Shown here piece by piece: positions 60,428 to 64,000 of a DNA stretch of 64,000 nt (its first letter is position 1; each line of letters begins with the position of its first letter). The DNA comes from a bacterium. GTDB taxonomy: Bacteria > Patescibacteriota > Minisyncoccia > Phycocordibacterales > UBA12079. Below the pieces are notes generated by a model. The model searched no databases, had not been told where the DNA came from, and was given only the letters and a program-made list of their open reading frames with translations. Where the stretch lies: contig JAGYLJ010000002.1 of NCBI GenBank assembly GCA_018401295.1, positions 26,727 through 90,726 on the forward strand, given 5' to 3'. A program made the position numbers and the translations under genes.

Positions 60428-60900
60428 AAATTGGTGGGCGATAAGTAAGCCAATTGCTTGGCTTACGTCAGGATTCGAAAGTCGGAATATATTGCGAGCG
60501 ATAGCGAGTAATAATGAGACGGGGATAAAAAACAAACTACTTTGTTTTTTATCCGATTTTTCTGAAAGAGAAAATTTCTTATATCGAGCGAAGCGAGATA
60601 GGAAATAGGAGGACGCGAACACTTAATAGATTTCGAGCGAAGCGAAGAAATCTATTTAGTGATTTGTGATCGAATCCTGACTGGTTTATATTTGCCCACA
60701 AAATCTTAAGTCCTAAAGCGTTAGCTTTGAGACTTTTGATTTTGTCGTGACGATACAGGGTTCGAACCGAGCGAATATATTTTTCTGTAGCGAAGCGAAA
60801 GAAAAATTTGAGAGAGCGGAGGTCAAGGGATTGAGATATTTTTGGAGCGAAGCGAACAAAAATATCCATGAGAGTGACCGAATCCTATTTCCACCCCACC
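60428..60900. repeat. Array of degenerate tRNA-Val 3'-end copies in alternating orientation, interleaved with GAGCGAAGCGA-loop hairpins
   Basis: Inverted copies at 60428-60478 and 60738-60770; direct copies at 60661-60700 and 60868-60900. Hairpins at 60574-60606, 60625-60656, 60779-60807 and 60835-60866. Confidence 0.7.
60519..60612 (+). repeat. Three-hairpin module, copy B (112 nt downstream of tRNA-Val)
   Basis: GGATAAAAAACAAACTACTTTGTTTTTTATCC plus two further hairpins, homologous to copy A. Confidence 0.75.
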
Positions 60901-60939
60901 TATTTGCGCAGTTTTCAAGATAAGTTATAATATCTTTAT

Positions 60940-61647
60940 ATGAGATTATTTTTATTCAATAGTATTGGAGAGGAAGAAAAAGCTCAGGCAATTGAGAAAT
61001 TAATAACTCAAAGTACGCCAAGTCAGGATTTCTTTTTCATGATGGCTTTGTCCGTATTAACAGCTGTTTTTGGTATTTTATTAGAAAGTGTAGCTGTTGT
61101 AATTGGAAGTATGTTAATTGCTCCTCTTCTTTCTCCTATTTTAAGTTTATCATTAGGTATAACTATGGCTGATTCCAAATTGATAAGAAGATCGTCCCAA
61201 ACGATTCTTAAATCTGTAATTGTTGGGATTGGAGTCTCAGCAGTAGCAACTCTTCTTTTTGGAGCGGGAAAAATTCCAGAGGTTTTCGTTATTAACCCTA
61301 GTCCAAATTTATTGTCAGTGGCGGTGGCTGTTATAGCTGGTTTTGCTGCAACCTTTGCTTTAGTTAAACACAAGATGAACGAAACTTTGCCAGGGGTGGC
61401 TATTGCTGTGGCTTTAATTCCTCCCATTGCACTTATTGGTATTGGTTTAGCTGAAATGAGTTGGGTTATGATGACAGACGCCCTCATTTTATTTGGATTG
61501 AATATCGTCGGTATTATTTTCGCAGGAATGGTGACATTTTCTTTAATGAATTTTTATACAAAGAAAAAAGTAGCAGAGATTATCGTTATGAAAGAAGATA
61601 AAAAACTAGAAGAAGAGGAACCTAAAGAATTAAAAGAAAATATTTAA
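60940..61647 (+). CDS. DUF389-like polytopic membrane protein
   Basis: VIGSMLIAPLLSPIL motif; family name from memory. Confidence 0.6.
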   Translation: MRLFLFNSIGEEEKAQAIEKLITQSTPSQDFFFMMALSVLTAVFGILLESVAVVIGSMLIAPLLSPILSLSLGITMADSKLIRRSSQTILKSVIVGIGVSAVATLLFGAGKIPEVFVINPSPNLLSVAVAVIAGFAATFALVKHKMNETLPGVAIAVALIPPIALIGIGLAEMSWVMMTDALILFGLNIVGIIFAGMVTFSLMNFYTKKKVAEIIVMKEDKKLEEEEPKELKENI

Positions 61648-62657
61648 TTTGTTTCTAAATTAAACATACAATTATCATCCAAAACAATACCCTGGGTCAA
61701 GGATAAACATTCTGAAGTTGCTTCTTCGTAGGAGAGTAATTCTGGTTTGAAGTTTTTTACGGTCATAGGAAAAAGGTGGAAATATATTCTGCTTTTTTCT
61801 ATATTCATTCTTACTCCCAATTCTTTCTTGGTGATAGGGTCTAACTGGTCAAAAATGAAATTACCTAGAGAGTAAAAGATGATACCACCTTTGTATTTTT
61901 CTACCGGTTGGGTAGTGTGAGGATGATGCCCTAAGATTACAGTAGCCCCAGAATCTATCAATTTATGTCCTATCTCTATTTGATTTTTTGAAGGAAGGGA
62001 GTTGTATTCTTCTCCCCAATGAACAGAGACAATTATGAGATCAACTTTATTTTTTGTGTCCTCAACCATTTTATAATAAGGTTTTATGTCTCCCCAAAGA
62101 GCATTGATACCGAAGAAAGCTAATTTAAGACCATTTTTTTCTATTATAAGTGGTTGATTTTGAATACCAAAATGTTCTATTCCATACTCGTCTAAATATT
62201 TAATAGTATCGTCTAACCCTTGTTGTAAATAATCTTCTGTATGATTATTGGCTAAGGAAACTAAATTTATTCCGTTCTCTTGAAGGAGATAGGTATTACT
62301 TGGATCCATTTTTAGGGTTATATCTTTTTCTAAAGAGACTTCACTTCTAGTTATTGGACTTTCTAGGTTAGTTAAAATGTAATCCATTCCTTTAAAAAAA
62401 TTTCCTTCAGTCCCTCTAATATTTTCAAACATGTTTTCTCCACGAAAAATCAAAGTTTCAACATATCTCCCCAACATTAAATCACCGAATGCTAATATTG
62501 AAATATTTTTTGGGGCATTATCTTTAATATTTTTTTCTTGGCTTTTTGAAGACAGGGAATTAAACAAAATATTTGGAGTCTCGTTTTTTTGCAAATAATT
62601 TATAAACAAAAAAACAATCAATAAGGATATAAAGATTGTTGTTTTTTGATATTTCAT
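61644..62657 (-). CDS. CapA-family metallophosphoesterase (poly-gamma-glutamate synthesis-like)
   Basis: FGDLMLGR, SVHWGEEY, GHHPH motifs. Confidence 0.8.
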   Translation of the reverse strand: MKYQKTTIFISLLIVFLFINYLQKNETPNILFNSLSSKSQEKNIKDNAPKNISILAFGDLMLGRYVETLIFRGENMFENIRGTEGNFFKGMDYILTNLESPITRSEVSLEKDITLKMDPSNTYLLQENGINLVSLANNHTEDYLQQGLDDTIKYLDEYGIEHFGIQNQPLIIEKNGLKLAFFGINALWGDIKPYYKMVEDTKNKVDLIIVSVHWGEEYNSLPSKNQIEIGHKLIDSGATVILGHHPHTTQPVEKYKGGIIFYSLGNFIFDQLDPITKKELGVRMNIEKSRIYFHLFPMTVKNFKPELLSYEEATSECLSLTQGIVLDDNCMFNLETN

Positions 62658-62667
62658 ATTAGATGAA

Positions 62668-63585
62668 TTATTGATTTTGTAGCCAAGAATAGATGTTTTC
62701 TAAGGCTTTAGCTGCATCTCCTACAGCAATACAATTTTGGTGGTATAGCCCGTGAGTACAGTCTCCTGCAGCCCAAATTCCTTCTGTAGAGGTCTTTTGG
62801 GTTAGGGGATCTACAATGATAGCTTCATGTTCATTTTTATCAACAAAATCAATAAATTGAGTGGTGGGGGTAGAACCAACTTCTACAAATACTCCTTCAA
62901 CTGGAATTTCTGTTTCTTCTCCGTTTTCAGTATTTTTATAGATAATTGATTTAATAAAATTATCCCCTTTTATTTCTGTAATTTTAGAATTTAGGATGAT
63001 TTTAAAGTTTTCAATCTTAGACATATTCTGGGTTGTGATTTTGTCGGCTCTTAATTTATTGGAACGATTAAGTAAAGTAACGCTTTTGGCGTAAGCTAAC
63101 AGTTGAGAAGCTGATTCAAAAGCTGAATTTCCACCTCCGACTACTACGACATCTTTCCCTGTAAAAAGAGGACCGTCACAGGTAGCGCAATAAACCAATC
63201 CTTTACCTTCATATTTTTCAGCACCTAGACAGTCTAATTTTTTTCTAGAACTACCTGTGGCTATTAGAACCGTTTTGACTGTATATTCTTGTAAATTAGT
63301 TTTTATTTTAAATAGATTAGGGGATTGTTGTTCAACCTTTTCTACTTTTTCCTTTTTTATGTCAACCATATCTGCAGAATATGCTCGAAGATGAGCTTCC
63401 AGATTTTTTGCCAATTCTTGTCCTGAAATAGCAATGGTGCCAATCCAGTTTTCAATTTTTGTTGAATCAACACTTTGTCCGCCAAAGCTTTCAGCAAATA
63501 AAATAGTTTTTATTTTTTTTCTTGAAGCATAGACACCAGCGGTTACTCCAGCTGGTCCACCTCCTATGATAGCTAAATCATACAT
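62668..63585 (-). CDS. trxB: Thioredoxin-disulfide reductase
   Basis: IIGGGPAG, CATCDG, GGGNSA motifs. Confidence 0.92.
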   Translation of the reverse strand: MYDLAIIGGGPAGVTAGVYASRKKIKTILFAESFGGQSVDSTKIENWIGTIAISGQELAKNLEAHLRAYSADMVDIKKEKVEKVEQQSPNLFKIKTNLQEYTVKTVLIATGSSRKKLDCLGAEKYEGKGLVYCATCDGPLFTGKDVVVVGGGNSAFESASQLLAYAKSVTLLNRSNKLRADKITTQNMSKIENFKIILNSKITEIKGDNFIKSIIYKNTENGEETEIPVEGVFVEVGSTPTTQFIDFVDKNEHEAIIVDPLTQKTSTEGIWAAGDCTHGLYHQNCIAVGDAAKALENIYSWLQNQ

Positions 63586-63593
63586 AAATAAGT

Positions 63594-63628
63594 AAGTCGA
63601 AAGTTTATAAAGTCCATAAAGTCAAAAG
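63594..63628 (-). promoter_or_regulatory. GACTTT-repeat leader motif upstream of trxB
   Basis: Minus strand reads CTTTTGACTTTATGGACTTTATAAACTTTCGACTT; its first 20 nt are identical to 18365-18384. Confidence 0.6.
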
Positions 63629-63632
63629 TTAG

Positions 63633-63659
63633 AAATAAATTTGCAGGGCAAATTTATTT
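63633..63659. terminator. AAATAAATTTGC-AGG-GCAAATTTATTT hairpin overlapping the ftsZ stop
   Basis: Perfect 12-bp stem; member of the AAATTTGC hairpin family. Confidence 0.6.
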
Positions 63660-64000
63660 TTTTGATCTTTTTAGAAAGGAAGGAATAGCATCCCAAGTGT
63701 CTTCGTCATCCTCTTCTGGGATTATAATACTTGGTTTTTCTGGTAGAGGTTCTTCTTTCTTTTCTTCCTCTTTTTCTTTTTTGTTTAAGGAACCACCGAA
63801 AATACCACCTTTGTTTTCTTTCTTTGGCTCATCTTCCTTCTCTTCTCTAATAGTCTTTTGGAAAAGTCCATGTCCATTTCCCATAGAATCTTTAAAACCG
63901 GTAGCTATGACTGTAACTTTTATTTCATCTTTCTTTAGCTTATCAGTTCTCGATGTTCCAAATATGACTTTGGCATCTGGATCGATTGATTCTGTGACAA
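63654..64000 (-). CDS. ftsZ: Cell division protein FtsZ, C-terminal part (continues beyond window)
   Basis: Frame open to the window end: ...DPDAKVIFGTS...IKVTVIATGF...; C-terminal peptide WDAIPSFLKR. Confidence 0.85.
   Translation of the reverse strand, partial: VTESIDPDAKVIFGTSRTDKLKKDEIKVTVIATGFKDSMGNGHGLFQKTIREEKEDEPKKENKGGIFGGSLNKKEKEEEKKEEPLPEKPSIIIPEEDDEDTWDAIPSFLKRSKK

Noticed and set aside
60574-60866. Possible CRISPR array, suggested by repeated GAGCGAAGCGA units
   Set aside because: The conserved unit is only 11-12 nt and the spacing is irregular (about 40-155 nt). The sequences flanking each unit are complementary to each other (hairpin stems) rather than unique spacers. No cas genes are in the window.

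Overview
AT-rich, gene-dense bacterial chromosome segment. The content suggests a Candidate Phyla Radiation / Patescibacteria-type genome (inference): fragmented ribosomal-protein clusters with no rpmD (L30), short ValRS and enolase, a giant LTD/beta-helix surface protein, and tandem VirB2-like pilin paralogs. Core genes: rplJ-rplL; rpsS-rplV-rpsC-rplP-rpmC-rpsQ-rplN-rplX-rplE, an inserted gene, then rpsN-rpsH-rplF-rplR-rpsE-rplO-secY-adk-map; ndk, murB, secA, rplT-rpmI-infC, rpmB, rpsL-rpsG, obg, gatB, ppsA-eno-trmD, mltG, hsp20, valS, tsaD, trxB and partial ftsZ. There are four tRNAs (Gln, Ser, Glu, Val). I found no rRNA and no CRISPR array. Unusual content: (1) A RAYT-type transposase with a 21-bp REP palindrome that also sits in-frame inside tsaD and inside the RAYT gene itself; a second 24-nt palindromic in-frame insert occurs twice in ppsA. 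(2) An accessory hotspot at 54.6-60.9 kb holds a tyrosine recombinase, a visibly GC-richer cassette bounded by inverted repeats, and attC-like imperfect palindromes flanking a glycoside hydrolase gene. The same hotspot has a tRNA cluster followed by alternating-orientation copies of the tRNA-Val 3' end and hairpins with variable stems but an invariant GAGCGAAGCGA loop. (3) A GIY-YIG nuclease gene lies between tRNA-Gln and a duplicated tRNA-Gln 5' fragment that carries a GC-rich hairpin insertion. (4) A GC-richer beta-barrel-like gene is inserted into the spc operon. (5) Four tandem pilin-like genes. (6) Apparent -1 frameshifts in rplX and in a tail-fibre-like gene. (7) Many long intergenic foldbacks, including a perfect 68-bp palindrome. 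All calls come from reading the sequence and ORF translations by eye; no database search was run.
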